Of a stretch of DNA of 19,069 nt, positions 8,583 to 17,248 are shown piece after piece. Within the stretch, counting starts at the first letter, position 1, and every line of letters starts with the position of its first letter. The stretch lies in NCBI GenBank assembly GCA_038217285.1, contig JBBQPO010000102.1, positions 1 to 19,069 of the forward strand, in the 5' to 3' direction. The position numbers were made by a program, and so were the translations under genes. The notes under the pieces are model-generated. The model was not told the DNA's origin, searched no databases, and worked only from the letters and a program-made list of their open reading frames with translations. Source of the DNA: Chthonomonadales bacterium. Lineage in GTDB: Bacteria > Armatimonadota > Chthonomonadetes > Chthonomonadales > Chthonomonadaceae.

Positions 8583-11465
8583 TTACTTCCCTGTACGTTC
8601 TTCCTGTTGCAGGTGGTGATTGAGAAACTGGCCGGTGTAGGAGCGGGGTTCTTTGGCGAGCGCTTCAGGTGTGCCGCAAAAGAGGATTTCGCCGCCTCTG
8701 TGGCCGCCTTCCGGGCCGAGGTCGATGACGTGGTCGGCGGTCTTGATGACGTCGAGGTGGTGCTCGATCACGAGGGCTGTGTGACCGGCGTCTACCAGAC
8801 GCTTCAGGCAGTCGAGCAGGCGTTCGATATCGGCGAGATGCAGGCCGGTGGTCGGCTCGTCGAGAATGTAGAGAATGCTGCCACCGCGTTTGAGTTTGCT
8901 CAGCTCGTTGGCGAGTTTGATGCGCTGGGCCTCCCCGCCCGAGAGCGTGGTCGCGGACTGCCCGATCGTCAGATAGCCGAGGCCAAGCTCGTTCATGAGA
9001 GCGAGTTTGCGGGCGATAGACACCTGGTCGCGAAAAAACTGCGCGCCCTCTTCGATGGACATCGTCAGAATCTCCGCGATGCTCTTGCCGCGATAGGTTA
9101 TCTCCAAAGTCTCCGCGTTGTACCGCGCGCCCTTGCAGGTCTCGCACTGCACCTCGACATCCGGCATGAAGCCCAGATGCGTCGTGACCGTCCCGTCTCC
9201 GGCGCACTCTTCGCAGCGTCCGCCTTTGACATTGAACGAGAAACGGGAGGGGGTATAGCCGCGCGCTACAGCCTCCGGCGTCTGCGCGAAGAGGGTGCGG
9301 ATGTTGTCGTAGAAGCCGGTGTAGGTCGCGGGGTTGGAGCGCGGGGTGCGCCCGATAGGCGACTGATCGATGTCGATCACATCCTTGATATGCTCGACGC
9401 CCTCGAGGCTGTCGTGCTCCCCGGCGAGAACGCGGCTGTCGTAGAGCAGGGAGGTGAGCTTCTTGAACAGAATGTCGTTGACGAGAGTCGATTTGCCGGA
9501 GCCGGACGCACCGGTGATGCAGACCAGTTTGCCGAGCGGAAATTCGACGGTCACGTCTTTGAGGTTGTTCTCTCTCGCGCCGCGCAGGGTGAGCACCTTG
9601 CCGTTGCCGGGGCGGCGCTGCGTCGGGGTCGGAAGGCGGCGGCGGCCGCTGAGGAACTGGCCAGTCAGCGAGGTCGGATGCGCCAGCAGCGTCTCCAGCG
9701 TTCCCTGCACAACGACTTCTCCCCCGTGTATCCCCGCGCCCGGCCCCATCTCGATCACATGGTCGGCGGCCCGCATCGTATCCTCATCATGCTCCACCAC
9801 CAGAACCGTGTTGCCGAGATCCCGTAGGCGACGCAGGGTGCCGATCATCTTCTGATTGTCCTTCGGATGCAGACCGATACTGGGCTCGTCGAGAACATAG
9901 AGCATCCCCATGAGGCCGCTGCCGATCTGCGTGGAGAGGCGGATACGCTGGGCCTCGCCGCCGGAAAGAGTGCCGGACTTGCGGTTGAAGTTGAGGTAGT
10001 CGAGGCCGATACCGAGCAGAAGCTCAAGGCGACCGACGATCTCACGCAGGATCTGTCCACCGGCTTCCAGATTGCGAACTCCGGGCTCCAGAGCGTCCAG
10101 AAAACACTTCAACTCCGAAAAGTTCATCTCCCCCAGCTCATAGATGTTGCGGTCGCCGACGGTAACGAGCAGACGCTGCGGGCGAACGCGAGCGCCGTGG
10201 CAGTCGGGGCAGCGATGCTCCACCATCACCTTCTCCAGATAGGCTTCCATGTGCGAACTGGCGACCTGCTGCTGTCGGTAGCGCCGATAGTGACGGTCTA
10301 TGCGCGGAATGATACCGTCCCACTTCATCTCCTGACCGATATATTTGCCCCGTGTCTTCGCGCCTTCCGGCTGGACAAGGACAAACTTTCCCCCCTTTAA
10401 GCCGTAGAGAACCACGTCAGCGGCTTCCGGGGAGAGGTCACGGAACGGGGTTTCGAGGTCGAAGCCACAGTGCTGCGCGAGACTCCAGAGCAGCGCGCCG
10501 TCCCAGGTGTCGGGGTTCCAGCGAAAGGCATCAGGGACGAAGGCCCCACCGACGATACTGCGGGAGGTGTCGGGCAGCAGCAGGGCACGGTGTACCTGGA
10601 GATAGGTTCCCAGTCCAGAGCAGGTACGGCAGGCGCTGGTGGGGTTGTTGAACATAAACTGCTCGGAACGGATGTCGCCCAGGGCCAGCCCATGTTCGGG
10701 GCAGCCGAACCCGCTAAGGAGGTCCGGGTTCGCGACGCCGTCCGGCAGGCTGACGATATGAACCCGCAGAAACTGCTCGCCGACGGCCAGCGTATTCCCG
10801 ACCGCCACCCCGAGCTGCCGGTCGATATCCGGCTTCACCACGAACTTGTCTATAATCACTTCCATGGCCCGCACCGTCGCGGCGTCCCGGTCCTGCTCTT
10901 CGCTGAGGTCCACCGGTTCGCCGTCGATGACCAGTCGCCGATAGCCCTTCTTGCATATCTCGGCGAACAGAAACTCCAGGTCTTCGCCGTAGACCGGAAA
11001 GACCGGGGCGCGCAGTTCGAACACCGTTCCGACAGGCAGACCCGCCAGGATCTCCACGATCTGGTTTTTCGAGCGGATCGGCACTTCCCGGCGGCAGTAC
11101 GGGCAGTGGGCGACGCCGATGGTGGCATAGAGGAGGTTGAGATAGCTGCTGATGTCGGTCATGGTGCCGACGGTGGAGCGGGGGTTGCGCCCGATCGTCT
11201 TCTGCTCTATCGAGATAACGGGAGAGAGGCCGTTCAGAAAGTCTACTGCAGGTTTGCTCACCTGCTCGATAAAGCGCTTCTCAAAGGAAGAGAGTGACGC
11301 CATATAGCGCCTCTGGCCCTCCGCGTAGATCGTGTCGAAAGCCAGCGACGATTTGCCCGACCCGCTCACGCCGGTCACAACGACGAGCTGGTCTCGGGGA
11401 ATCTCCAGGCTGATGTTTTTAAGATTGTGCTCTCTCGCGCCGCGAATCTCGATGGTAGTCCGCAT
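8583..11465 (-). CDS. uvrA: Excinuclease ABC subunit A (UvrA family), 960 aa, probably a divergent paralogue
   Basis: [13 protein letters not shown]; two Walker A motifs ([18 protein letters not shown]); two LSGGEAQRI signatures; Walker B YVLDEP/YILDEP; zinc-binding CxxC pairs. GGAGGAG RBS supports ATG 11465 rather than 11687. Confidence 0.95.
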   Translation of the reverse strand: MRTTIEIRGAREHNLKNISLEIPRDQLVVVTGVSGSGKSSLAFDTIYAEGQRRYMASLSSFEKRFIEQVSKPAVDFLNGLSPVISIEQKTIGRNPRSTVGTMTDISSYLNLLYATIGVAHCPYCRREVPIRSKNQIVEILAGLPVGTVFELRAPVFPVYGEDLEFLFAEICKKGYRRLVIDGEPVDLSEEQDRDAATVRAMEVIIDKFVVKPDIDRQLGVAVGNTLAVGEQFLRVHIVSLPDGVANPDLLSGFGCPEHGLALGDIRSEQFMFNNPTSACRTCSGLGTYLQVHRALLLPDTSRSIVGGAFVPDAFRWNPDTWDGALLWSLAQHCGFDLETPFRDLSPEAADVVLYGLKGGKFVLVQPEGAKTRGKYIGQEMKWDGIIPRIDRHYRRYRQQQVASSHMEAYLEKVMVEHRCPDCHGARVRPQRLLVTVGDRNIYELGEMNFSELKCFLDALEPGVRNLEAGGQILREIVGRLELLLGIGLDYLNFNRKSGTLSGGEAQRIRLSTQIGSGLMGMLYVLDEPSIGLHPKDNQKMIGTLRRLRDLGNTVLVVEHDEDTMRAADHVIEMGPGAGIHGGEVVVQGTLETLLAHPTSLTGQFLSGRRRLPTPTQRRPGNGKVLTLRGARENNLKDVTVEFPLGKLVCITGASGSGKSTLVNDILFKKLTSLLYDSRVLAGEHDSLEGVEHIKDVIDIDQSPIGRTPRSNPATYTGFYDNIRTLFAQTPEAVARGYTPSRFSFNVKGGRCEECAGDGTVTTHLGFMPDVEVQCETCKGARYNAETLEITYRGKSIAEILTMSIEEGAQFFRDQVSIARKLALMNELGLGYLTIGQSATTLSGGEAQRIKLANELSKLKRGGSILYILDEPTTGLHLADIERLLDCLKRLVDAGHTALVIEHHLDVIKTADHVIDLGPEGGHRGGEILFCGTPEALAKEPRSYTGQFLNHHLQQEERTGK

Positions 11466-11622
11466 GGGTTGTGTCGCTCCTCCCAGTTCTGCCCGCGCTG
11501 GGACAGAAGGTTGCCCCGACGCGAAATGGTGTTGCCTCTTCACTCTTTGCCGAAACCAAAAGCCGGAAAGGGCGTCTGAATCTACGGAAGAGGGCAGACG
11601 CCGATAGCGAGTGCCCGAAATC

Positions 11623-11633
11623 TGCGGTACAAT
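11623..11633 (+). promoter_or_regulatory. Putative -10 element (TGCGGTACAAT) for the glycosyltransferase
   Basis: 10/11 identical to the element at 1688-1678, about 100 nt upstream of GTG 11735. Confidence 0.45.
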
Positions 11634-11734
11634 GAGAGTGTTGGAGGGCGCGGCGTAGGTGCCTCCGTATTCCATACCATAAACCACGACATCGGCTGTT
11701 TCTGCCAGGCAAGTTGATCAAAGAGGAGGCTGCT

Positions 11735-12982
11735 GTGGTCGAACTCCACGCATTTACGCCGTCTCCTACGGCGGAACGATCCGTCGCCCCGGCGGGCGAG
11801 ACGGCAGCGCTCGACGTCCCGGAGCGAGCGAATATCGTGTTGCCGACGCGTCCGCGAACGCTGATTCTGACGGCCTCGATAGGCAACGGGCATGTGACCG
11901 CTGCCGCCGCTCTCGAGCAGGCGATGCGCCAACACGATATGGAAGTGCGCACCCTGGACATCATAGATCTGGTGTCGCCTGCCTTTCGTGCCTGGTATAA
12001 AGGCGGCTATGAGGCGCTCGTTCGCCGCGCTCCCCGGCTCTGGGGCGCGCTCTATCGTCTGACGGACACCCGCTCGCCCCTCTATACCATGCAGTCCCAG
12101 ATGGATCTGCGCGCCTTCTCACGCCTCACCGAATTTTTAGACGCCTACAACCCTGAGCTCGTCGTCTGCCCGCACTATCTGCCTCTCCCGCGCCTGGCCC
12201 GTTACTACCGCGACTATCGCGGCCCCCTGCCGAAAATCGCCACCGTGCTCACCGACGTCTATCCACACCGGTTCTGGCTCGGCGGACGCTCGGATCACTT
12301 CTTCGTTCCGAACGACCACTCCCGGCAGGTGCTGGAACGCCGCCGCCCGGAGTTCAAAGGCCATGTCTCGACGACCGGGATTCCTATCGACCCACTGTTC
12401 GGAGAGCAGGAGCCGCCCTGCGCCGCCCGAACGCGACTGGGCCTCGATCCGGCGCTGCCGACCCTGCTCGTGACTTCGGGCGGAATCGGCGGCGGACCCT
12501 TGCGGGAGGTGACCGAGGCGCTGGCGGCGCTGGACCGGCCCTGTCAGGTGGTCATCGTCTGTGGGCGCAACGAAGTCGCCTACCGGATGCTATGCCAGAC
12601 CATCGAGGAGTTGGCGCCGAAGACGAAAGTGAGCTTTGTTCCGAAGGGACTTGTCTCCCGCGACGAGATGGCAGGGCTTATGCGGGCCAGCGATCTGTTG
12701 ATCGGAAAACCGGGCGGGGCGACTTTTTCCGAGGCGCTCGCCAGCGGAGTCCCTATGCTCATCTACTCGCCTCTGATGATACCGGGGCAGGAGGAGAGCA
12801 ACGCCGACTATCTGATGGAGAGCGGCACGGCGCTGCGTGTCGAAGCCCCGGATGAACTGACCACACGCGCCAATGCGCTGCTCGATGCTCCCCGGGAACT
12901 GGAAAGGATGCGCTGTAACTCCCTGCGTGTCAGCCAGCCCGATGCCGCCCACGATATCGTCAAAATACTGCTCGAACTATAG
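11735..12982 (+). CDS. MGDG-synthase/UgtP-like GT28 diacylglycerol glycosyltransferase
   Basis: LILTASIGNGHVTAAAAL, PELVVCPHYLP, TVLTD, TGIPI, VIVCGRN, DLLIGKPGGATFSEALASGVPM, IPGQEESNA. GAGGAGG RBS before GTG 11735. Confidence 0.9.
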   Translation: MVELHAFTPSPTAERSVAPAGETAALDVPERANIVLPTRPRTLILTASIGNGHVTAAAALEQAMRQHDMEVRTLDIIDLVSPAFRAWYKGGYEALVRRAPRLWGALYRLTDTRSPLYTMQSQMDLRAFSRLTEFLDAYNPELVVCPHYLPLPRLARYYRDYRGPLPKIATVLTDVYPHRFWLGGRSDHFFVPNDHSRQVLERRRPEFKGHVSTTGIPIDPLFGEQEPPCAARTRLGLDPALPTLLVTSGGIGGGPLREVTEALAALDRPCQVVIVCGRNEVAYRMLCQTIEELAPKTKVSFVPKGLVSRDEMAGLMRASDLLIGKPGGATFSEALASGVPMLIYSPLMIPGQEESNADYLMESGTALRVEAPDELTTRANALLDAPRELERMRCNSLRVSQPDAAHDIVKILLEL

Positions 12983-13063
12983 CCCGTCCGAGCCCCTCCC
13001 GGATCCAGGGGAGGAAGATCATGGTAGTAGAGAGAGCGTTCTGACGGACACACCCTTTCGATG

Positions 13064-14638
13064 TCAGGAGATTCCCTGTGCCCAGGGAGCGATGGCGACG
13101 ATATGGCGCATCTCGTCCGGTGTCATTCCCAGCAGCGGCGCGCCCTCGATGACGTCCTGCAGATCGACGCCGTACCAGTTCCGCTTGCGCGGGTCGCACA
13201 GTCCGGCGATATTGAGGCAGACGGCGCTCCGGGCCACTTGTTGTGCAAAATCTTGCAGGTCTTGCGCGGAAGCCTCCCGTGTGTAGTCATGCATAAGGCG
13301 GGCGCACTGCCTCACTCCCTCCGCAAAGAGGATGCGATCTGCCGCCAGGTAACGCTGCAGCTGCGGGGCGTTGGGTAGTCGGTGTGCCATCTCTGCGTAG
13401 CTGACCGCCGCGAAGTAGAACATGGAGAAGGCGCTGAACAGCGGAAAGGTCGCCATACCGGCGTAACTGGCGGCCATAAAATGAGCCGTCCAGTCGGCCT
13501 CCTGCCGTGTGATCGTGCCGTACTCCGCGATACGGGGCGCGAACGCCTCTGTCCCCCAGGTCTCTTCCAGTATGCGGCCCAGACGCTCGATGCCGAGCAG
13601 GGTGAGCGGCATACCGGTGCTGAAGAGCGGATCGACGAAGGCGGCGGCGGATGGCAGCAGCGCCCAGCCCGGCCCGGTCACGGTCTCGACCCGCGAGGCG
13701 AGACGCGGCGCATAGACAAACGGCTGCACCGGAGTAGCCCCGGCGAACTGCGCCTCGATGGAGGGGAAGCGGCGCAGAAAACGACGCCAGGCGGCTTCCG
13801 TACCTTCCAGTTCCAACTCCTCCGCGAGCCATGCCTCGACCGCGCACCCCGCACTCGTCACCCCATTGTTGAATCGCAGCACCCACATCCAGCCGCCGTC
13901 AAAGACATGGTGCAGCGCCGCGTCATCGAGAGGATAGGGAGGTGTCTCCGCAGTGCGATAGGCAGGCATCGAGGCGCAGCGCGGAACGCCCGTAAAATGC
14001 GAGTAGAGGGCACGGGTCGCCGGATAGCCCGGAAAGATTCCGTGCGGCAGAGGCAGGGTTCGGGTGAGAAACCCGCCCGGCCCGCTCGCATCCACCACAA
14101 AGCGCGTCGTCAGTCGGAACGCCTCTCCCGCTCGTGTTCCCTCCAGCACGGAGCCTTCGACCGCAAAAGTGCCGCCGCTCAAATCCACGTCGTCCCGATA
14201 ATCGACGCCAAGCGCGATGGCCTCCCGCACCAGAAAGGCATCCACATCGGCGCGCAGCCAGTGGGTGTCTCCAACCTCATCGTTGGGGCTTGCCGTGACC
14301 AGCAGTTGATTGGAGCGATCCGCCGCCGCTTCGTAAGGCCGGTGCGCCACATGATGGAAATAGGTGAAGCCGCGTTTCAGTCCGCAGCCGATCTCGGGAT
14401 AGGCGCGCTGCCAGGCGCCGTAGGTCGTGAGCGGAAGAAGGCGAGGCAGATCATAGCGCTGGGCGAGCTGTTCGATTAGAAGATTCATCAGCGGCGACGT
14501 CGATTCGCCGATGGCAAAACGTGGATGCCGCCCGCGTTCCAATAACGCGACCGACAACCCTACCCGCCGCGCGACCATCGCGAGCAGCGTCCCCCCAAAC
14601 CCCGACCCAATGATCGTCAGATCGAAATCTGTCTTCAT
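13064..14638 (-). CDS. FAD-dependent halogenase, PrnC-like, 524 aa
   Basis: GSGFGG FAD loop, HPRFAIGES, GCGLKRGF (candidate catalytic Lys), HWLRADVDAFL, HHVFDGGWMWVLRF (WxWxI-type motif), AAAFVDPLFSTG. True start is ATG 14638 (MKTDFDLTIIG). Confidence 0.85.
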   Translation of the reverse strand: MKTDFDLTIIGSGFGGTLLAMVARRVGLSVALLERGRHPRFAIGESTSPLMNLLIEQLAQRYDLPRLLPLTTYGAWQRAYPEIGCGLKRGFTYFHHVAHRPYEAAADRSNQLLVTASPNDEVGDTHWLRADVDAFLVREAIALGVDYRDDVDLSGGTFAVEGSVLEGTRAGEAFRLTTRFVVDASGPGGFLTRTLPLPHGIFPGYPATRALYSHFTGVPRCASMPAYRTAETPPYPLDDAALHHVFDGGWMWVLRFNNGVTSAGCAVEAWLAEELELEGTEAAWRRFLRRFPSIEAQFAGATPVQPFVYAPRLASRVETVTGPGWALLPSAAAFVDPLFSTGMPLTLLGIERLGRILEETWGTEAFAPRIAEYGTITRQEADWTAHFMAASYAGMATFPLFSAFSMFYFAAVSYAEMAHRLPNAPQLQRYLAADRILFAEGVRQCARLMHDYTREASAQDLQDFAQQVARSAVCLNIAGLCDPRKRNWYGVDLQDVIEGAPLLGMTPDEMRHIVAIAPWAQGIS

Positions 14639-14658
14639 CTCATCCTTTCCTGCTTTCC

Positions 14659-15669
14659 TCAATTCCTGCCTTCCTGCTCGAACTCTTCCCCGCAGACGGT
14701 GCAGACGACCGGCGGAGAGATCTGTTGTGTTCGGTTCATTGTCGCGATTCGGGCGATACGGGCGGGCGCGCAGGCGCAGCGAGCGAAGGCTTCGATATCC
14801 CAGAGGTCCGCGAACACACGCCCACTTTTTAATCGCAGCCCATACTCCTGCGCCGCCTCCAGAGAACGAAGAGCCGGAAGCGCGAAGAGACCGCTCCGGG
14901 CGAGCCTGTCCAGCGCGCCGTTCCCGGCGCGGGTGGGGATCAGGCAGCAGACGGTCGCGCCGCACTCGAAGGCGACATCGAGCGAGCGGCAGGCCCACTC
15001 CACGCCTTCCGCCTCTGTCATAAACGGAGGCCGGAGCAGCAGAAAGACCCGCATGTCGATGTCGTTGTTGCCCAAAAGGGCAGCGCTGCGGCGAAAATCC
15101 CCGACCGTGAACCGCTTGTTCAGACGTTCTAAAGTGGGCTCGTGCGCCGTCTCCAACCCGAGAGCGACTTCGAGCTTTCCGGACAGACGCTGCGCGAACT
15201 GGAGGCAGCGCTCACCCACCAGGGCCGGATGGCACTCCACGATCACCCGCTCGAAACCGGCGACGAGGCGGGCAATCTCAGCATCGTCTTCGGGCGGGAT
15301 CGCCTGGTTGTCGAAGAAGCTGCCGGCATTATACAACTTGATCTGGCGCGCGGCCGGCAGGCGTTCGAGCGCCCAGGCGATCTGCGTGGGAATAGCGCCG
15401 AGGGGGACGCGACTGTCCAGTGTGTTCTTCCAGAGGTCGCACATCAGGCAGCGATAAGGGCACTCCCGATTGGTCAGGAAGAGCGTCGCGGTCGGTATCC
15501 GTTCGCCGGACGCGCCGACCTCTTCCTCCCACAGATAGGCATAGGGAATCCGTGGATCGAGCGCGTTTTTGGGGCCACGCTGCGCTTCGATCCAGCGTGT
15601 GCGCGCGGCGGCCCGATCCGGATAGATCAGGGCCGCCGCGCTAGCGTTGGAGAGAGAATCGGCAGGCAT
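14659..15669 (-). CDS. Radical SAM enzyme, RaSEA (archaeosine synthesis lyase, TIGR01210)-like, 336 aa
   Basis: CPYRCLMC (CxxxCxxC), IKLYNAGSFFD, VIVECHP, LEVALGLETA...LNKRFT and FLLLRPPFMTEAE mirror recalled RaSEA motifs (KIFTSGSFLD, EVAIGLET..INKGFT, YLLLKPPFLSE). ATG 15669 overlaps the upstream TGA (TGATG). Confidence 0.85.
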   Translation of the reverse strand: MPADSLSNASAAALIYPDRAAARTRWIEAQRGPKNALDPRIPYAYLWEEEVGASGERIPTATLFLTNRECPYRCLMCDLWKNTLDSRVPLGAIPTQIAWALERLPAARQIKLYNAGSFFDNQAIPPEDDAEIARLVAGFERVIVECHPALVGERCLQFAQRLSGKLEVALGLETAHEPTLERLNKRFTVGDFRRSAALLGNNDIDMRVFLLLRPPFMTEAEGVEWACRSLDVAFECGATVCCLIPTRAGNGALDRLARSGLFALPALRSLEAAQEYGLRLKSGRVFADLWDIEAFARCACAPARIARIATMNRTQQISPPVVCTVCGEEFEQEGRN

Positions 15670-17060
15670 CAGCGAACCGGCTGCAGCGAAGCCGGGACGA
15701 CATTGCCGGAAAGCCGCTCGTTCTGCGGATCCCAGGCCTCTTTCAGCCGATCTTCCCACTGCCGCAGGAAGGTGTGACGGCACCATGTCTTGCTGACGCG
15801 CCACGCCCGATAGCTTTCGCCGCCGACGCCGTCTTGGAATCGACGCTTCGGATAGGCGGGCATCTCGATCCCGATCACAGCCTCGATCCCCGCCTGCACC
15901 ACCTGCTGCTTGAGGGCGTAGAGCCGTTCCACGCTGCCGTCCAGCACAGTCTCGAACGGAATGGCCAGAGCCGCCGCCATCACGGAGCGCATCGTATAGG
16001 GAGAGAGCGCCTCGAAGCCGTACTGCTTCGCGGGGGCGTAGGTGCGGACATAGGCGCGCGAGAGGCCACCGGAGTAGGTCAGACTGTGCTTCATATTCTC
16101 GACACCCCAGCCCTCCTGGTAGAGCATCGGGTTGCGCAGGACGCTCGACAGAGTGAGGTCGGAGTCTTCGAGTGGGTACGATTTCAGGTTCTCGTCGCCG
16201 CCATCGCCATCCAGGAGATATTTGAGGTTCGGGTAGCGCTCCCGAATGCCTTCCAGCAGGCAGAGCGCGACCGCCGCGCACTCCACGTCCAGCGGATGAT
16301 AGTCCTCGATCACCCGAATCGCGGCCTCCAGGTTCACGCGCTCGGCGGGCATGCGGATCGCCTCCCACTGCGCTTCCAGCCCCAACTCTTTGACCACCGC
16401 TTCGGCCTGTGCCGCGTCCTTGCCGCCGCCCAGATCGAGGGTAAAGGCCCGCAGCAGGCCGGAATCACGGCCGAGTTCCTGCAGCGCATGGCGGGCCAAC
16501 AGGAAGACAGAGGTGCTGTCGATGCCGCCGGAGAAGGCCAGACCCACCATCTCCCCATCCGGCAGAGAGGCCAGCCAGCGCTTCAGCGTCTCGTATGTCG
16601 CCCCAATGTAAGCGGCGCCTGCGGCCTCCAGATCCGCCGGGCCGGTTCCGATAGGCGGATTGAAGAAGCGATGATAACGGGGAGCAGGATCCGGACAGCC
16701 GATCTGATCGATCTCGACAAGATAGTGCGCCGGCACCATGCGCGTGTAGAGCGGATCGAACTGCCAGCCGATCTTCTCCTTCTCGCACCATTCGAACAGG
16801 CTGTCGATGCGATCCGAGACCAGCAGGAACGGACCATGAAACATCTTGGCGACGAAGTAGCGCAGTGGGACGCCGATGGTTCGCGCCAGCCGCACGGTCT
16901 GCCCATCCCGCGCCACTGCCGCAAAATGGCCATCACTGGCCGCAAGCGTCGCCAGATCGGCACTCTGCACGGCATTGCGAATATCACTGCCCGTAAACGG
17001 CGTCAGGGCGGCGGTATGCGTTCCCGTCAAATCTACAAGGCGTTCCACACCAGCTAACAT
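15669..17060 (-). CDS. Asparagine-synthetase-like ATP-dependent amide ligase with degenerate glutaminase domain, 463 aa
   Basis: PP-loop LAFSGGIDSTS, LLDGDGGDE, PKRRFQDG; Ntn-fold remnant GHFAAVARDGQTVRLARTIGVPLRYF. No N-terminal Cys (starts MLAGVERL). AGAGGAG RBS before ATG 17060. Confidence 0.85.
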   Translation of the reverse strand: MLAGVERLVDLTGTHTAALTPFTGSDIRNAVQSADLATLAASDGHFAAVARDGQTVRLARTIGVPLRYFVAKMFHGPFLLVSDRIDSLFEWCEKEKIGWQFDPLYTRMVPAHYLVEIDQIGCPDPAPRYHRFFNPPIGTGPADLEAAGAAYIGATYETLKRWLASLPDGEMVGLAFSGGIDSTSVFLLARHALQELGRDSGLLRAFTLDLGGGKDAAQAEAVVKELGLEAQWEAIRMPAERVNLEAAIRVIEDYHPLDVECAAVALCLLEGIRERYPNLKYLLDGDGGDENLKSYPLEDSDLTLSSVLRNPMLYQEGWGVENMKHSLTYSGGLSRAYVRTYAPAKQYGFEALSPYTMRSVMAAALAIPFETVLDGSVERLYALKQQVVQAGIEAVIGIEMPAYPKRRFQDGVGGESYRAWRVSKTWCRHTFLRQWEDRLKEAWDPQNERLSGNVVPASLQPVR

Positions 17061-17093
17061 CGGCTTTCTCCTCTGATGACGATGATTCCCTTT

Positions 17094-17104
17094 ATGATAC
17101 GGCA
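17094..17104 (-). promoter_or_regulatory. Putative -10 element (TGCCGTATCAT) for the three-gene operon
   Basis: TATCAT at 17099-17094, 33 nt before ATG 17060. Same context as other candidate -10 boxes in the window. Confidence 0.4.
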
Positions 17105-17135
17105 AATTTCGACGCGAACGATGCAGTTTCCTACG

Positions 17136-17210
17136 AGGCAGAGCAGGAAATTCAAGGCAGAGCAGAAGAGGCAGAGCAGGAAGGCAGGAAGAAAGGAAGG
17201 CAGGAAAAAA
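17136..17210 (+). repeat. Purine-rich short tandem repeats
   Basis: AGGCAGAGCAG three times (17136, 17155, 17169), then period-8 units AGCAGGAA GGCAGGAA GAAAGGAA GGCAGGAA (17175-17206). Confidence 0.75.
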
Positions 17211-17248
17211 TGTACAAGAAAGACAGGGAGAAGGTGCCTCGGCCAACT

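Noticed and set aside
8424-11297. Long + strand ORFs (467, 177, 275 aa) opposite uvrA
   Set aside because: Antisense shadows caused by GC-rich codon bias of a clearly real gene; no recognisable motifs.
11466-11734. SOS/LexA box upstream of uvrA
   Set aside because: I could not see a GAAC-N4-GTTC or CTGT-N8-ACAG match; a lineage-specific box cannot be excluded.
11735-12982. Glycosyltransferase as a tailoring enzyme of the halogenase operon
   Set aside because: It is on the opposite strand with its own promoter candidate and has typical membrane glycolipid synthase motifs; only adjacency supports a link.
12983-13063. Bidirectional terminator between the convergent glycosyltransferase and halogenase genes
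   Set aside because: Only a short CCTCCC/GGGAGG stem without a U-tract on either strand.
15670-16368. 233-aa N-terminal extension of the radical SAM ORF (and similar extensions on the halogenase, ligase and uvrA ORFs)
   Set aside because: Arg/Gly/Pro-rich off-frame or intergenic translation. RBS- or overlap-supported starts lie at 15669, 14638, 17060 and 11465.
13382-17057. Long + strand ORFs (365, 252, 211, 427 aa) opposite the three-gene operon
   Set aside because: Antisense shadows; the minus-strand genes carry all the family motifs and RBSs.
17136-17210. Possible CRISPR array
   Set aside because: Units are 8-11 nt with no unique spacers, and there are no cas genes.
13064-17248. Lasso peptide / RiPP interpretation of the ligase + radical SAM operon
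   Set aside because: No precursor ORF, RRE/PqqD domain, B2 protease or SPASM domain is visible in the window. A precursor elsewhere cannot be excluded.
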